Source of the DNA: Bacteroidales bacterium
Lineage (GTDB): Bacteria > Bacteroidota > Bacteroidia > Bacteroidales > WRGA01
DNA length: 64,000 nt
Assembly: GCA_031553395.1 (NCBI GenBank)
Contig: JAVBLR010000003.1
Span: 69,799 to 133,798, forward strand
Direction of reading: 5' to 3'
The notes below the pieces were generated by a model. It did not search any database. It saw only the letters and a list, made by a program, of their open reading frames with translations, and was not told the origin of the DNA. Each line of letters begins with the position of its first letter. Within the stretch, counting starts at the first letter, position 1. Made by a program: the position numbers and the translations under genes. This document shows, piece after piece, positions 19,801 to 29,793 of the stretch.

Positions 19801-19879
19801 TAATACGTTGTATGTTTTACGTTATACGTAAATGGTTGATGTTACCGAGGCGTAGAACGTATTACGTAAAACGTAAAAC
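19801..19879. repeat. Heptad-periodic hairpin, TACGTTn class
   Basis: TAATACGTTGTATGTTTTACGTTATACGTAAA...GTAGAACGTATTACGTAAAACGTAAAAC. GTTTTACGTT (19814-19823) pairs with AACGTAAAAC (19870-19879). It lies in a divergent intergenic region. Confidence 0.65.
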
Positions 19880-19953
19880 CTTCAAATCGGCGTCAATGTG
19901 AATATTTTATACGTTTGTTCCACAATAAAATCGAAATATTTCTGATTTACAAC

Positions 19954-19961
19954 TACATTTG
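19954..19961 (+). promoter_or_regulatory. Candidate -7 promoter box (TAnnTTTG)
   Basis: TACATTTG, 21 nt upstream of the ATG at 19982. Confidence 0.45.
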
Positions 19962-19981
19962 TACGTTTTAGAATTTACCAT

Positions 19982-20389
19982 ATGAGAAAAAAGACTTTAC
20001 GCTCCCCTTTATTGTACCTGTTTTTGATTGTTGTTACAATAATAATAGGTTTATCTTCCAGAAAATTCCCCGGATATTTTCCTGACTTTTTAGTTGAATA
20101 TTTAGGAGATGTTCTCTGGAGTTCGATGGTATATTTTGGAATTTGTTTGTTGTTTCCATCTGTAAGTATTAAAAAAGCATGCATTACAACATTGCTTTTC
20201 TCATATTTTATAGAAGTAACACAACTTTACCATGCACCGTGGATAGATTCAATCCGGAATAATCCGTTTGGCGCCTTGGTATTGGGGCATGGATTTTTGT
20301 GGAGTGATATGGTTTGCTATACAGTAGGCACGGCTTTTGCTGCCATAATGGATTGTATTTTCATTAAGATGAAAAAAGGTAAAAAGTGA
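19982..20389 (+). CDS. Small membrane protein (DUF2809-like)
   Basis: 135 aa with 4 hydrophobic helices: ...GLSSRKFPGYFPDFLVEYLGDVLWSSMVYF...GHGFLWSDMVCYTVG. The family name is from memory. Confidence 0.65.
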   Translation: MRKKTLRSPLLYLFLIVVTIIIGLSSRKFPGYFPDFLVEYLGDVLWSSMVYFGICLLFPSVSIKKACITTLLFSYFIEVTQLYHAPWIDSIRNNPFGALVLGHGFLWSDMVCYTVGTAFAAIMDCIFIKMKKGKK

Positions 20390-20408
20390 TTGTTACTTTT
20401 TACCTTTT
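20374..20408. repeat. GGTAAAA-class hairpin acting as a probable bidirectional terminator
   Basis: AAAAGGTAAAAAGT (20374-20387) pairs with ACTTTTTACCTTTT (20395-20408), a 14-bp perfect stem with a 7-nt loop. The left arm encodes the last codons (KGKK) and part of the stop codon. It shares the 13-mer AAAGGTAAAAAGT with 14082-14094. Confidence 0.75.
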
Positions 20409-20433
20409 ACTTTAATCTATTTATTAGTAATTT

Positions 20434-22623
20434 TTACCTGATAAACAACAATTCCCGATATTTAGGCAGAGTCCACATTTTATCATCAATCATTAGTTCA
20501 AGTTCATCTATGTAATGACGGATAACATCAAACAATGGCGCTACATTTCTGCAATACGCAATAGCTTTTTCCCGTTCGTTTTCGATTTTATTGGCAACTT
20601 TTCGATTTTCAATCATTTTTGTAACATTGGATTTAATCGAAGATAAAAGTTCGGCTATTTCTTCAATTGTTTCCATATCCTGATGCGCTATCTTTGCAAC
20701 TTTATCCGGAGGAAATAATTTTGTTACTTTATACACATTATCCAGCAAAATATTTTGGTAACGAGTTGCCACAGGAATAATATGGTTTGTTGCCAAATCG
20801 CCTAATACACGAGCTTCTATTTGTATCTTCTTCGTATAAATTTCCCATTTTACTTCATTGCGTGCATGCAATTCGGTTTCACTTAATACCCCTGTTTCTT
20901 TGAACATATCGATGCTGTTTTGACTTAAATAAGCATCATATATCAACGGAACATAAGTTTCACAATCCAATCCACGGCGAGCAGCTTCTTTTTTCCATTC
21001 TTCGCTGTATCCGTTTCCATCAAAGCGAATGGGTTTCGATTCCTTGATGTATTTTCGTAGTACGGAAAAAATAGCACTTTCTTTTGTTCCTCCTTGAGCA
21101 ATAAGAGCTTCCACATCCTTTTTGAATATTCTCAATTGATGTGCAACGGATGTATTCAATGCAATCATTGCTGATGCACAATTGGCAGAAGAACCGACTG
21201 CCCGGAATTCAAAGCGATTTCCGGTAAATGCGAATGGGGAAGTACGGTTACGATCGGTGTTATCAATCAATAAATCGGGAATATGACTCAAGTCCAGTTT
21301 TAATCCAACTTTATCGCCTACCTCAATGGCTTGCTCTCCATTGCTTGCTTCCAACTTGTCTAATATGGCTGAAATTTGACTTCCCAAAAACACGGAAACA
21401 ATAGCCGGCGGAGCTTCATTTGCGCCCAAACGGTGTGCATTTGTTGCGGAAGAAATACTTGCCTTTAGTAAGGCATCATTCTTGTAAACGGCCATTAATA
21501 CATTTACTAAGAAAGTAATGAATTGCAAATTTTCAGTGGATGTTTTTCCGGGAGAAAGCAGTCCAATACCAGTATCTGTGCCGATAGACCAATTGTTGTG
21601 TTTTCCCGAACCATTTACTCCTTTAAATGGTTTCTCATGTAATACAACCCTGAAATTGTGACGGCGGGCAACCTTTTTCATTATTAGCATTAATAATAAA
21701 TTATGGTCGTTTGCCAAGTTCATTTCTTCAAATATGGGCGCCAATTCAAATTGATTCGGAGCAACTTCATTATGGCGTGTTTTTACGGGAATACCTAGTT
21801 TATAAGATTCATACTCCAAATCACGCATAAATGCTGAAACACGCGTAGGAATAGAGCCAAAATAATGATCTTCTAATTGTTGATTCCGGGCGCTTTCGTG
21901 TCCCATCAATGTGCGGCCGGTAAGCATTAAATCAGGACGGGCAGCCCAAAGAGCTTCATCAACCAAAAAATATTCCTGTTCCCAGCCCAAGTATGCATAA
22001 ACCCGTTTTACATTCCGGTCGAAGTATTTACAAACTTCGGTTGCACTTGTATTTAATACTTGAATTGATTTAAGCAACGGTGTTTTATAATCCAATGCTT
22101 CGCCAGTGTAAGAGATAAAAACAGTTGGAATACACAACGTTCCATCCAAAATAAAAGCAGGAGAAGAAGGATCCCAAGCTGTATATCCGCGTGCCTCGAA
22201 TGTATTACGAATCCCGCCCGATGGAAAGCTTGAAGCATCGGGTTCTTGTTGTACCAATAATTTACCCGAAAATTCTTCAATCATTCCGCCATTTCCGTCA
22301 TGTTCTACAAACGAGTCGTGTTTTTCGGCAGTTCCGTCGGTCAATGGTTGAAACCAGTGAGAATAGTGTGTTGCGCCCATTTCCATAGCCCACATCCGCA
22401 TTCCGGCTGCAACATGATTAGCTATTTCACGGCCGAGAGGTTTTCCTTTGTCGATAGCTTCGGTCAATATCTTCATTGTTTCCTGCGAAAGATATTGATT
22501 CATTTTTGCCCTGTTAAAAACATATTTGGCATAATATTCCGAAGTTTTCCCTTCCGGAGCTTTTACTTCTACAGCCTTTCTTTTGAAAGCTTCATTTACT
22601 ACCTTAAACCGTAAACTCGACAT
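20434..22623 (-). CDS. glnN: Glutamine synthetase type III
   Basis: 729 aa, MSSLRFKVVNEAFKRK...; length and sequence pattern are typical of Bacteroidota GSIII (…NGSGKHNNWS…, …FEFRAVGSS…). Confidence 0.94.
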   Translation of the reverse strand: MSSLRFKVVNEAFKRKAVEVKAPEGKTSEYYAKYVFNRAKMNQYLSQETMKILTEAIDKGKPLGREIANHVAAGMRMWAMEMGATHYSHWFQPLTDGTAEKHDSFVEHDGNGGMIEEFSGKLLVQQEPDASSFPSGGIRNTFEARGYTAWDPSSPAFILDGTLCIPTVFISYTGEALDYKTPLLKSIQVLNTSATEVCKYFDRNVKRVYAYLGWEQEYFLVDEALWAARPDLMLTGRTLMGHESARNQQLEDHYFGSIPTRVSAFMRDLEYESYKLGIPVKTRHNEVAPNQFELAPIFEEMNLANDHNLLLMLIMKKVARRHNFRVVLHEKPFKGVNGSGKHNNWSIGTDTGIGLLSPGKTSTENLQFITFLVNVLMAVYKNDALLKASISSATNAHRLGANEAPPAIVSVFLGSQISAILDKLEASNGEQAIEVGDKVGLKLDLSHIPDLLIDNTDRNRTSPFAFTGNRFEFRAVGSSANCASAMIALNTSVAHQLRIFKKDVEALIAQGGTKESAIFSVLRKYIKESKPIRFDGNGYSEEWKKEAARRGLDCETYVPLIYDAYLSQNSIDMFKETGVLSETELHARNEVKWEIYTKKIQIEARVLGDLATNHIIPVATRYQNILLDNVYKVTKLFPPDKVAKIAHQDMETIEEIAELLSSIKSNVTKMIENRKVANKIENEREKAIAYCRNVAPLFDVIRHYIDELELMIDDKMWTLPKYRELLFIR

Positions 22624-22633
22624 AGACTTATTC

Positions 22634-22680
22634 TAATTAAGAATTAAGAATTAAGAATTAAGAATTAAGAATTAAGAATT
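22634..22680. repeat. Perfect 7-nt tandem repeat (GAATTAA)x5 plus partial copies, in the glnN 5' leader
   Basis: CTAATTAA GAATTAA x5 GAATTGG, starting 11 nt upstream of the glnN ATG (22623). On the sense strand it reads CTTAATT repeats. Confidence 0.9.
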
Positions 22681-22744
22681 GGGTTTATCCAACTGATTAA
22701 TTTTTAAACTCTTAATAAAAATGTAATCTTGAAAAATATTCGGA

Positions 22745-22752
22745 CAAAATTA
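22745..22752 (-). promoter_or_regulatory. Candidate -7 promoter box for glnN
   Basis: The forward sequence CAAAATTA equals TAATTTTG on the minus strand, 122 nt upstream of the ATG. This would place the heptad tract in the 5' UTR. Confidence 0.35.
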
Positions 22753-22796
22753 CATAAAATAATTTTTACTTTTTTATAACCAAATATATTTATTCA

Positions 22797-22863
22797 GGCA
22801 AAGGGCGAAAGGCTAATAGCAAAAGGAAATTCGTTCGCCCTTTACCATTAGCCTTTTGCCCTA
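22797..22863. repeat. Heptad-periodic hairpin, AAAGGCn/GCCTTTn class, at the 3' end of the PUL operon
   Basis: GGCAAAGGGCGAAAGGCTAATAGCAAAAGG...CGCCCTTTACCATTAGCCTTTTGCCCT. AAGGGCGAA pairs with TTCGCCCTT, and AAAGGCTAAT pairs with ATTAGCCTTT (alternative registers). It ends 4 nt from the CE8 stop. Confidence 0.7.
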
Positions 22864-22866
22864 AAG

Positions 22867-23808
22867 TCATTTGCATGTTGCAAAAAAGCTATCGGAGAAG
22901 AATCCATCTACGATAGCTTTTGCTTCTTTGTCTGTTAAAACTTTCGACCATTTGACACGGTTTGCAGTATCTGCTCCTTCACCGGAATTGTTGTATTCCA
23001 AGTACCTGGCAGTTTCTTCATTTGACTCTTTTCCCCAGTTATGCCAACCCAATGGTTTTATTTCTTTCGGTAATTCCGTATTCATGAAAAGCACCATGGC
23101 GTAAGGCCTCCAAGGCCTTCCTAAATAAACGGATGTAGCATCGTTGTCCATCGTAACATTACAATAGTTGAATATATATCCGTATGGTGAAGATTCGGGC
23201 GTGCTTGCAGCTGTTATATAGGAATTCCGTTTACAATTAATGGTACAAGTTTCAAACCATGCAGTTGCAGGCCCAAAAATAAAGTCGGTAGTACCTTCAA
23301 TATGACAGTTTTCAAAATACAGACGGGCAACATTATCTTTTCCTCCGGTATAAACTGTATCCTGATTTCCTAAAAGACGACAATTGCGGAAAACCAACCG
23401 ATCTCCCTCCGTATGTAATGCTACGGCTTGTCCAACTTGTCCTGCCGTATTTTCAATTGTAAGATTTTCTACTGTTATATCATTTCCTGCAATCATAAAA
23501 GTATAGGTTTTGAAGGTGCCCATATTGTTTAATGCAGCATAATCATTGTAGGATATAACCGTTTCATACATATTCTCTCCACGCAATATAATATTGCATT
23601 TGGTTGCAGGTAGAACTATCTTTTCATTATAAACTCCATTTTGAATGAAGATTATCGTATAATCAGGATTCGCATCACTAACAGAATTTATTGCATCCTG
23701 AACAGTTTTGAAATTACCTGTTCCATCTTGAGCAACTACAATCGTATTTGCATAAGTGGAAAAAGTATAAACAAACAGAATCAAAAAGGGAATTAAAAGC
23801 TTTTTCAT
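22867..23808 (-). CDS. Pectinesterase (carbohydrate esterase family 8)
   Basis: The ATG at 23808 gives the signal peptide MKKLLIPFLILFVYTFSTYA. CE8 motifs are present: GNQDTVY, DFIFG, YLGRPW. The longer track ORF (to 23925) adds an implausible leader that overlaps a hairpin. Confidence 0.9.
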   Translation of the reverse strand: MKKLLIPFLILFVYTFSTYANTIVVAQDGTGNFKTVQDAINSVSDANPDYTIIFIQNGVYNEKIVLPATKCNIILRGENMYETVISYNDYAALNNMGTFKTYTFMIAGNDITVENLTIENTAGQVGQAVALHTEGDRLVFRNCRLLGNQDTVYTGGKDNVARLYFENCHIEGTTDFIFGPATAWFETCTINCKRNSYITAASTPESSPYGYIFNYCNVTMDNDATSVYLGRPWRPYAMVLFMNTELPKEIKPLGWHNWGKESNEETARYLEYNNSGEGADTANRVKWSKVLTDKEAKAIVDGFFSDSFFATCK

Positions 23809-23877
23809 TGTATTAAGAAATTTGATGATGAGATTTAAAATTAAGGGTATAAATATAAGAAGAATATAGAAATTAAT

Positions 23878-23923
23878 GTGCCAATGTGCAGATATGCCAA
23901 TTAGAATACTGGCACATTGGCAC
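23878..23923. repeat. 12-bp perfect inverted repeat between the GH28 and CE8 genes
   Basis: GTGCCAATGTGC (23878-23889) pairs with GCACATTGGCAC (23912-23923), with TGCCAAT repeated in the loop. Confidence 0.7.
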
Positions 23924-23927
23924 ATTA

Positions 23928-25457
23928 TTAATCATATTGATTAAAGTTCTTTACATTGTTTAAAATAACAGGCTTTCCTTCTTTTGCTGTTATTTTTACA
24001 TTTTTGAATTTAACTCCGTCTGCTTCGGATAATTCAGCTCCGAATTTTGCGGTTATGGTTGCATTTTCCACATTGATATTTGTGATATTCATTTCCGGAA
24101 GTCCATTAAAAAACATGGCACGCCTTGCATTGTTAGATACCAAATTTTTTACATAAATATTACGAAAAACAGGCGTTTCTTCCGTAACAGGAGGAATTGT
24201 GTTTTGGATTGAAATTGTATCTCCTTCTTCCAAAACTTCTGATGCCGATTTTCCACCATAATACAAATCAAACAGGAACGAATCGGTTACAATATCAATC
24301 ATACTGATATTTTCGACATAAATATTTTCAACAACGCCACCTCGTCCGCGGCAACTTTTGAAACGTAGTCCGACATCCGTTCCCATAAACTGGCAATTCT
24401 TGACAGATACATTGCGTACGCCACCCGACATTTCGCTGCCGACAACAAAACCGCCGTGTCCTTTGAATACTTTGCAGTTATCAACGATTACATTTTCAGT
24501 CGGACGGTTCCGTTTACGCCCTTCGGCATCTTTTCCCGATTTAAGGCAAATAGCATCGTCTCCTACATCCAATGTGGAATTAACTACAAGTACATTCTTG
24601 CAAGATTCCAAATCCAACCCATCTCCGTTTTGAGCATACGCCGGATTCCGGATAAATACATTATCAACAATCACATTTTCGCACATCAACGGATGAATAT
24701 TCCAACCTGGAGAATTTTCGAACAATACTCCTTCGAGCAATACATTTTTACATTCGACAAGATTAACCATAACAGGGCGTAAGTAATCTTTAATTGAATC
24801 CCATTGAGCTTCAGTCAGGTTATTATCTTTTCCTGCCCTTGCCCAAACTTCTCCTTTAGCTGCTTTCTCGGAAGGCAACCAATAATCATCGGTCATCAAA
24901 ACACCGCCCGAAGTAGTTACCTGTTTCCAATGAGCTTCCGTAACTTTGGCTTTTTTCAATGGTCGCCAAGCTCCGCCCGAACCATTAATTGTTCCTTCTC
25001 CTGTAATAGCAATATTTTTCAGTTTTCTTCCCGAAATAGGCGATTGACAACGGTATGCTTCTTCTCCTTCGAAGGATGTTTTTACCAATGGATAAGCATT
25101 AAAATCGGGAGTAAATAGGATTAAAGCTCCTTTTTCCAAATGAAGATTTATATTCGATTGAAAAACGATAGGTCCGGTAAACCATACGCCGCAGGGAACA
25201 AGCAATATTCCTCCGCCTTGTTCGTTCAGCGATTTCATAGCTTTGTTAAACGCTTCGGTATTTAATGTGATTCCGTCACCTATTCCTCCGAAATCTTTAA
25301 TTGAAACTTTCTTATCGGGAAATACCGGACGTTGTACTTTTGGCATTTCAAAGGATAAGTCTTTATATAGATACCCATAAGGATATGATTCTTCTGTTTG
25401 GCAAGAAATACAACTTACAATTATAAGTAACAAAAAAAATAATCGATTCATATACAT
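23928..25457 (-). CDS. Polygalacturonase-type glycoside hydrolase family 28
   Basis: 509 aa with a signal peptide and GH28 motifs NGDGLD, GDDAICLKSG, GHGGFVVGSE, LRFKS. Confidence 0.9.
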   Translation of the reverse strand: MYMNRLFFLLLIIVSCISCQTEESYPYGYLYKDLSFEMPKVQRPVFPDKKVSIKDFGGIGDGITLNTEAFNKAMKSLNEQGGGILLVPCGVWFTGPIVFQSNINLHLEKGALILFTPDFNAYPLVKTSFEGEEAYRCQSPISGRKLKNIAITGEGTINGSGGAWRPLKKAKVTEAHWKQVTTSGGVLMTDDYWLPSEKAAKGEVWARAGKDNNLTEAQWDSIKDYLRPVMVNLVECKNVLLEGVLFENSPGWNIHPLMCENVIVDNVFIRNPAYAQNGDGLDLESCKNVLVVNSTLDVGDDAICLKSGKDAEGRKRNRPTENVIVDNCKVFKGHGGFVVGSEMSGGVRNVSVKNCQFMGTDVGLRFKSCRGRGGVVENIYVENISMIDIVTDSFLFDLYYGGKSASEVLEEGDTISIQNTIPPVTEETPVFRNIYVKNLVSNNARRAMFFNGLPEMNITNINVENATITAKFGAELSEADGVKFKNVKITAKEGKPVILNNVKNFNQYD

Positions 25458-25471
25458 TTTAATTGTGTTTT

Positions 25472-27934
25472 TTATTTATTTACCGAAAAAATATATTCTT
25501 TTCCGGCTTCCGTATCCATTTCTACTACCGGAATATTGATTTGCTTATCCGTATTTAATTGAGCTAACGGTGAAATCAATGGCTTGCGAATTTGTTGAAC
25601 TTCAAAAAATGGATTGTCAATTGTTTTGTCTGCTTTTTCCAACGACTTACCATCGCATTGTAAAGTAGCGGAAGTTCTTATCCGGAGCTTTCCTCCAATA
25701 GTGGATTTTATGATTAGTTTATCTATTTGATTATTTTTCCAAGACATTTCGACTATTTCAAAACCACCATGGCAACGAAGACCTTTAACAATTCCTGATT
25801 TCCATACATCGGGGAGAGCAGGCAATAAATGTATAGCGCCAGTATGACTTTGTACCAACATTTCGGCAATTCCGGCAGTACAACCAAAATTTCCATCAAT
25901 CTGGAAAGGTGGATGTGCATCAAACAAGTTCGGATAAGTACCTCCGTTTTGTCCTCGTTCTTCAGTAGTTGGTTTTATCTGGTCTGTTATTAATTTATAA
26001 GCATGATTACCATCCAGCAGGCGAGCCCAAAGACAAACTTTCCAACCCATCGACCAACCGGTAGAAGCATCTCCACGTTGAATCAGAGAATTTTTGGCTG
26101 CATCAAACAACATAGGAGAATCGTATAAGGAAATCTGATAACCGGGATACAATCCCCACAGATGAGAAACATGACGGTGATGGTCGTTTGGATTATCCCA
26201 ATCTTCCATCCACTCCTGCAACTGACTGTATTGTCCGACTTGCATGGGAGCTAAACGAACTACCATATTCTGTAATTCTTTAACAAACGAATCGTCCATA
26301 TTCAATGTTTTTGCAGCACGGATCGTATTGCTCATCAAATCGAATACCATCTGGTTATCCATTGTACAACCCGCAATGATTGAAGCATCTTGCTTTTTAT
26401 TAATTGCAGGAATATTTTCAGGAGAATACGAAGGTGCAACAACCATCCAACCGTTTTTTGGTTCCTGAACTAAGAAATCAAGGAAGAATTCACAAGCCCC
26501 TTTCATCAATGGATATACTTCGGAAAGATATTTCTGATCGCCTGAAAATAAATACCGATCCCACAAGTGCTGGCAAAACCATGCATTACAAGTTGGCCAA
26601 ACACCATAACGAGGACCGTCAACAGCTCCAGTAGAACGCCAGATATCTGTATTGTGATGCAATGCCCAACCGCGGCAACCGTACATTTTTGCAGTTTCTT
26701 GTCCGGTAACAGCGACATCTTTTATCAGTTGCAGAAAAGGTTCGTGCATTTCCATCAGGTTGGTAACTTCGGCAGGCCAATAATTCATTTCTACATTGAT
26801 ATCGGTAGTATATTTACCATCCCAAGGAGCACGTAACTGATAATTCCAAATTCCCTGAAGGTTGGCAGCCTGTCCTCCGGGTTGGGAAGAACAAATCAAT
26901 AAATAACGTCCGAATTGAAAATAAAGAGAGGCAAGTTGCGGGTCGAAGTTAGAAGCGAATTCTTTTACCCGCTGGTCTGTCGGTTTTTGTGCTTGAGCAT
27001 TGGTGCCCAAATCCAACGATACCCGGTTAAAGGATTTTTGATAAAAGGCAGTATGTTCAGTTAATGCCTTGTCGTATTTCTTTTTTTCTGCATTTGCCAT
27101 AAATTGTTCGGCACGTTGCAGAGAATTTCCCGAAATATCTTTGTAATTAATATAATTCGTTCCAACAGAGATATAGATAGTTACAGTATTTGCATTATTA
27201 ACCGAAATGATGCTGTCGGAAGCAACTTCTTGTTTTCCGCCTTCATTTACAATTTTAACCAAACTTGTAAAATTCACTTTGCCTTTAATTCCTTCATGAT
27301 CGTTGGCTGTAGCATCCAATCTCAACATTTTCTTATAAACCGATTTATCCGGTTCATTGTAAGGAGTCGTATATTTGGCATCAAATGAAATTTTTCCTTT
27401 TTGCGAAGCCGTTAATTTTATAATTACTAACTGGTCGGTAAAGGACGTAAATGCCTCGCGTTTATATTGAACACCATCGACAGTATACATAGTAGTTGCA
27501 ACAGCCTGTTGAATGTCCAAATCCCGGTAAAAATCCTGGTAATTTTCCTGTCCTTTGAAATCCAGACAAAGGCTTCCTACTGTTTGATAAGGCATTCCAT
27601 TAGCAGTTGTCGAACAGATGGTTGTGCCGCAAAGCTTTTGGGCTTCGGCATATTTTCCATCGAAAATCAATTGACGTATTTCGTTCAATGCATCTTTTGC
27701 CAACGGATTTGTGTTGTTGTAAGGACTTCCACCCCAGATGGTTTCCTCGTTCAGTTGGAACTGCTCATGAACAGGATCTCCGAATACCATTGCACCCAAA
27801 CGCCCGTTTCCGAGAGGAAGAGATTCAACCCAAAGTTTGGCTGGTTGATTATACCAAAGCTTGAGGTTTTGTTCCTGTGAAAAAATAGAACTTGAAATAA
27901 ATAAGGCAATCAATAAAAAAATGTTGTGTCTCAT
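25472..27934 (-). CDS. Glycoside hydrolase family 95 (alpha-L-fucosidase / alpha-L-galactosidase type)
   Basis: 820 aa. The N-terminus [29 protein letters not shown]...EETIWGG and the length fit GH95. Confidence 0.88.
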   Translation of the reverse strand: MRHNIFLLIALFISSSIFSQEQNLKLWYNQPAKLWVESLPLGNGRLGAMVFGDPVHEQFQLNEETIWGGSPYNNTNPLAKDALNEIRQLIFDGKYAEAQKLCGTTICSTTANGMPYQTVGSLCLDFKGQENYQDFYRDLDIQQAVATTMYTVDGVQYKREAFTSFTDQLVIIKLTASQKGKISFDAKYTTPYNEPDKSVYKKMLRLDATANDHEGIKGKVNFTSLVKIVNEGGKQEVASDSIISVNNANTVTIYISVGTNYINYKDISGNSLQRAEQFMANAEKKKYDKALTEHTAFYQKSFNRVSLDLGTNAQAQKPTDQRVKEFASNFDPQLASLYFQFGRYLLICSSQPGGQAANLQGIWNYQLRAPWDGKYTTDINVEMNYWPAEVTNLMEMHEPFLQLIKDVAVTGQETAKMYGCRGWALHHNTDIWRSTGAVDGPRYGVWPTCNAWFCQHLWDRYLFSGDQKYLSEVYPLMKGACEFFLDFLVQEPKNGWMVVAPSYSPENIPAINKKQDASIIAGCTMDNQMVFDLMSNTIRAAKTLNMDDSFVKELQNMVVRLAPMQVGQYSQLQEWMEDWDNPNDHHRHVSHLWGLYPGYQISLYDSPMLFDAAKNSLIQRGDASTGWSMGWKVCLWARLLDGNHAYKLITDQIKPTTEERGQNGGTYPNLFDAHPPFQIDGNFGCTAGIAEMLVQSHTGAIHLLPALPDVWKSGIVKGLRCHGGFEIVEMSWKNNQIDKLIIKSTIGGKLRIRTSATLQCDGKSLEKADKTIDNPFFEVQQIRKPLISPLAQLNTDKQINIPVVEMDTEAGKEYIFSVNK

Positions 27935-27973
27935 GTATTCTAATTTTTAAATTTAATAATCGAAATAGAATAA

Positions 27974-28010
27974 GAAAGCTTGCCGGGGTTATTTTGCCCG
28001 GTAAGCTTTC
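27974..28010 (-). terminator. Hairpin downstream of the beta-helix lipoprotein gene (possible attenuator/terminator)
   Basis: GAAAGCTTGCCGGG (27974-27987) pairs with CCCGGTAAGCTTTC (27997-28010), 14 bp with one mismatch. Confidence 0.5.
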
Positions 28011-28038
28011 AATATTACAAACCTAAAAACAATCTTCG

Positions 28039-29655
28039 TTATTGCCAATATCTCGGATCTCCTACAGAACCTGTTCCGGCAAATCCGGCTCCCGGTTTAA
28101 TATGGAAATCGCCATTGTCAGGATCAACAAATAAGTTGTATGCTGTACCACTGTAATTCATAATATCTGTAAAAGCAGGTGCCCCTTCTTTAAAATCAGA
28201 TGTTTTGTAAGAACTGCCAAAGGTAATAAGAAGTCCTGAATAATTACCCGCAGTTGATTTTGCCAAAGTTCCTCCGTTTGGACCTGAAAAGATACTTTTA
28301 TTAACAGATACAGTCAATGGCAAATAATTCGTATCAAAACGCATTAATTGAGACAGTTTACTTGTGTTATTGAAGAAAGTACAATAGGATACATTGATTT
28401 CTTTTGTAACACAACGAACATCCATTAATTGTGTGCCTATCTCATGTAATGTACTGTTTGTAAGAATTAAGCTATCTAAAGTAAGTGTAGCGCTGGCTGC
28501 GGTATTGAAAACACCATAACCTCCAGTATTGTAGATATAGCAATTATTTACCTTAATCTTCTCTACAGTCATTGCTGCATTTTGCAAACGAACCACACAG
28601 TTATAATCCTGAATCTTACAACCTTCGAAAACAATATTGCTAATCGGCTGATTCGTGTCAATAAACCGTTTGCTGGCATTATCAGACCCAATAAGGTTTA
28701 TATTCTCAAATTTTACTGTTGTAAGAGGAGCGGAAACAGCCAAATTATCTGTATTCAATATAGTTGAATATTGACTTGATAATCCGGTGAATGTAAGAGA
28801 AGTCATACCTGCAGGAACGGTAATGCTAGCTGCGTTGTATGTTTTACCGTATGCAAATGTTAATGTTACAGCAGATTGTCCTCCTCCATAAAGCGATGCC
28901 AATACAGTACTTAAATCATCCGCATCTTGCACCTCGTAAACGAAACTTCCTGCAGTTCCTTTGGTAGAGAACCCTTTCAGACCTCGTTTAATGTCTCCAT
29001 AATAGAGTGTCGCGGTATAAGAAGTACCTTGGTCTAATCCAGTAAATGTTTTACTTCCCAATGCAATTTCATCTGGTGTCAAACTGCCATCTCCTACTTG
29101 TTCTCCAGTTACATTATTTATCAATTCCAACTTATCGAGCTCATTGGTTGGTGTCCAATATAAAATGGCTTGAGTTAACTCGGTGTACATTTCAGGTAAA
29201 AATAAATTTTCTTCCGGAGTAACGAATGCAAACATTACATATTCCGAAGGAGGCGTTCCATCGGCACTCATAACTCGCATTCTTACAGAAACTGTCGTAT
29301 CTCTGGGCATATCTCCGAAAATTGGCCTGAAAAGTGTTCTTGTTGCCGGATTTCCTGTTGAATAAGCAGTTAATGTATCAGCCAGTAATTCAACAGTGCT
29401 AAATATATTGTTAAACTCCAGACTGTCTGTACTGAATTCAAAAACATATGAAGATGCCCTTGGCATCTTGGAAAATTCGATTTGAATATCTGTCGGATTT
29501 ACAACAACCGATCTAAAAATCAAAGACCGGAACATTTGGGAATCATCCGGATTTACCGGCCAGTCATTTGAATCATCATTGCAAGATATGAAACTTGTAG
29601 CCAGCAGGCATAATAAGCATCCTATCATGTATTTTATTTTAGCTGTATATTTCAT
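28039..29655 (-). CDS. PUL-encoded surface lipoprotein with predicted right-handed beta-helix (DUF4957/DUF5123-like)
   Basis: 538 aa with a lipoprotein signal (…LATSFISCNDD). It sits directly downstream of susD. The C-terminal half has N/T/G-rich beta-helix-like repeats. The family name is from memory. Confidence 0.6.
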   Translation of the reverse strand: MKYTAKIKYMIGCLLCLLATSFISCNDDSNDWPVNPDDSQMFRSLIFRSVVVNPTDIQIEFSKMPRASSYVFEFSTDSLEFNNIFSTVELLADTLTAYSTGNPATRTLFRPIFGDMPRDTTVSVRMRVMSADGTPPSEYVMFAFVTPEENLFLPEMYTELTQAILYWTPTNELDKLELINNVTGEQVGDGSLTPDEIALGSKTFTGLDQGTSYTATLYYGDIKRGLKGFSTKGTAGSFVYEVQDADDLSTVLASLYGGGQSAVTLTFAYGKTYNAASITVPAGMTSLTFTGLSSQYSTILNTDNLAVSAPLTTVKFENINLIGSDNASKRFIDTNQPISNIVFEGCKIQDYNCVVRLQNAAMTVEKIKVNNCYIYNTGGYGVFNTAASATLTLDSLILTNSTLHEIGTQLMDVRCVTKEINVSYCTFFNNTSKLSQLMRFDTNYLPLTVSVNKSIFSGPNGGTLAKSTAGNYSGLLITFGSSYKTSDFKEGAPAFTDIMNYSGTAYNLFVDPDNGDFHIKPGAGFAGTGSVGDPRYWQ

Positions 29656-29713
29656 TATGTATAATTTTAATTAGTGTTGTATCAATTGTAAAATGACGCA
29701 AAAAGTAGTAAAG

Positions 29714-29774
29714 AGTAGTTAGAGGTAATTATTCAGAAAGTTTATCATTGAAATGATAGCTACTTCTAACTACT
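29714..29774. repeat. Inverted repeat between susD and the downstream lipoprotein gene
   Basis: AGTAGTTAGA (29714-29723) pairs with TCTAACTACT (29765-29774). Confidence 0.45.
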
Positions 29775-29793
29775 GCTTAATAACTACATTTGA

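Noticed and set aside
22634-22680. GAATTAA tandem array, and the other heptad arrays, as a possible CRISPR array
   Set aside because: The repeat unit is only 7 nt, with no spacers and no cas genes in the window. This is a microsatellite-like tandem repeat, not CRISPR.
23809-23925. N-terminal extension of the pectinesterase ORF (track start 23925), and similar long starts at 12157, 18790, 51213, 58122 and 35872
   Set aside because: The extensions start at TTG (12157, 18790, 51213, 58122) or add implausible residues ahead of a clean signal peptide (23925, 35872). Internal ATGs give canonical N-termini and leave room for the TAnnTTTG boxes or hairpins.
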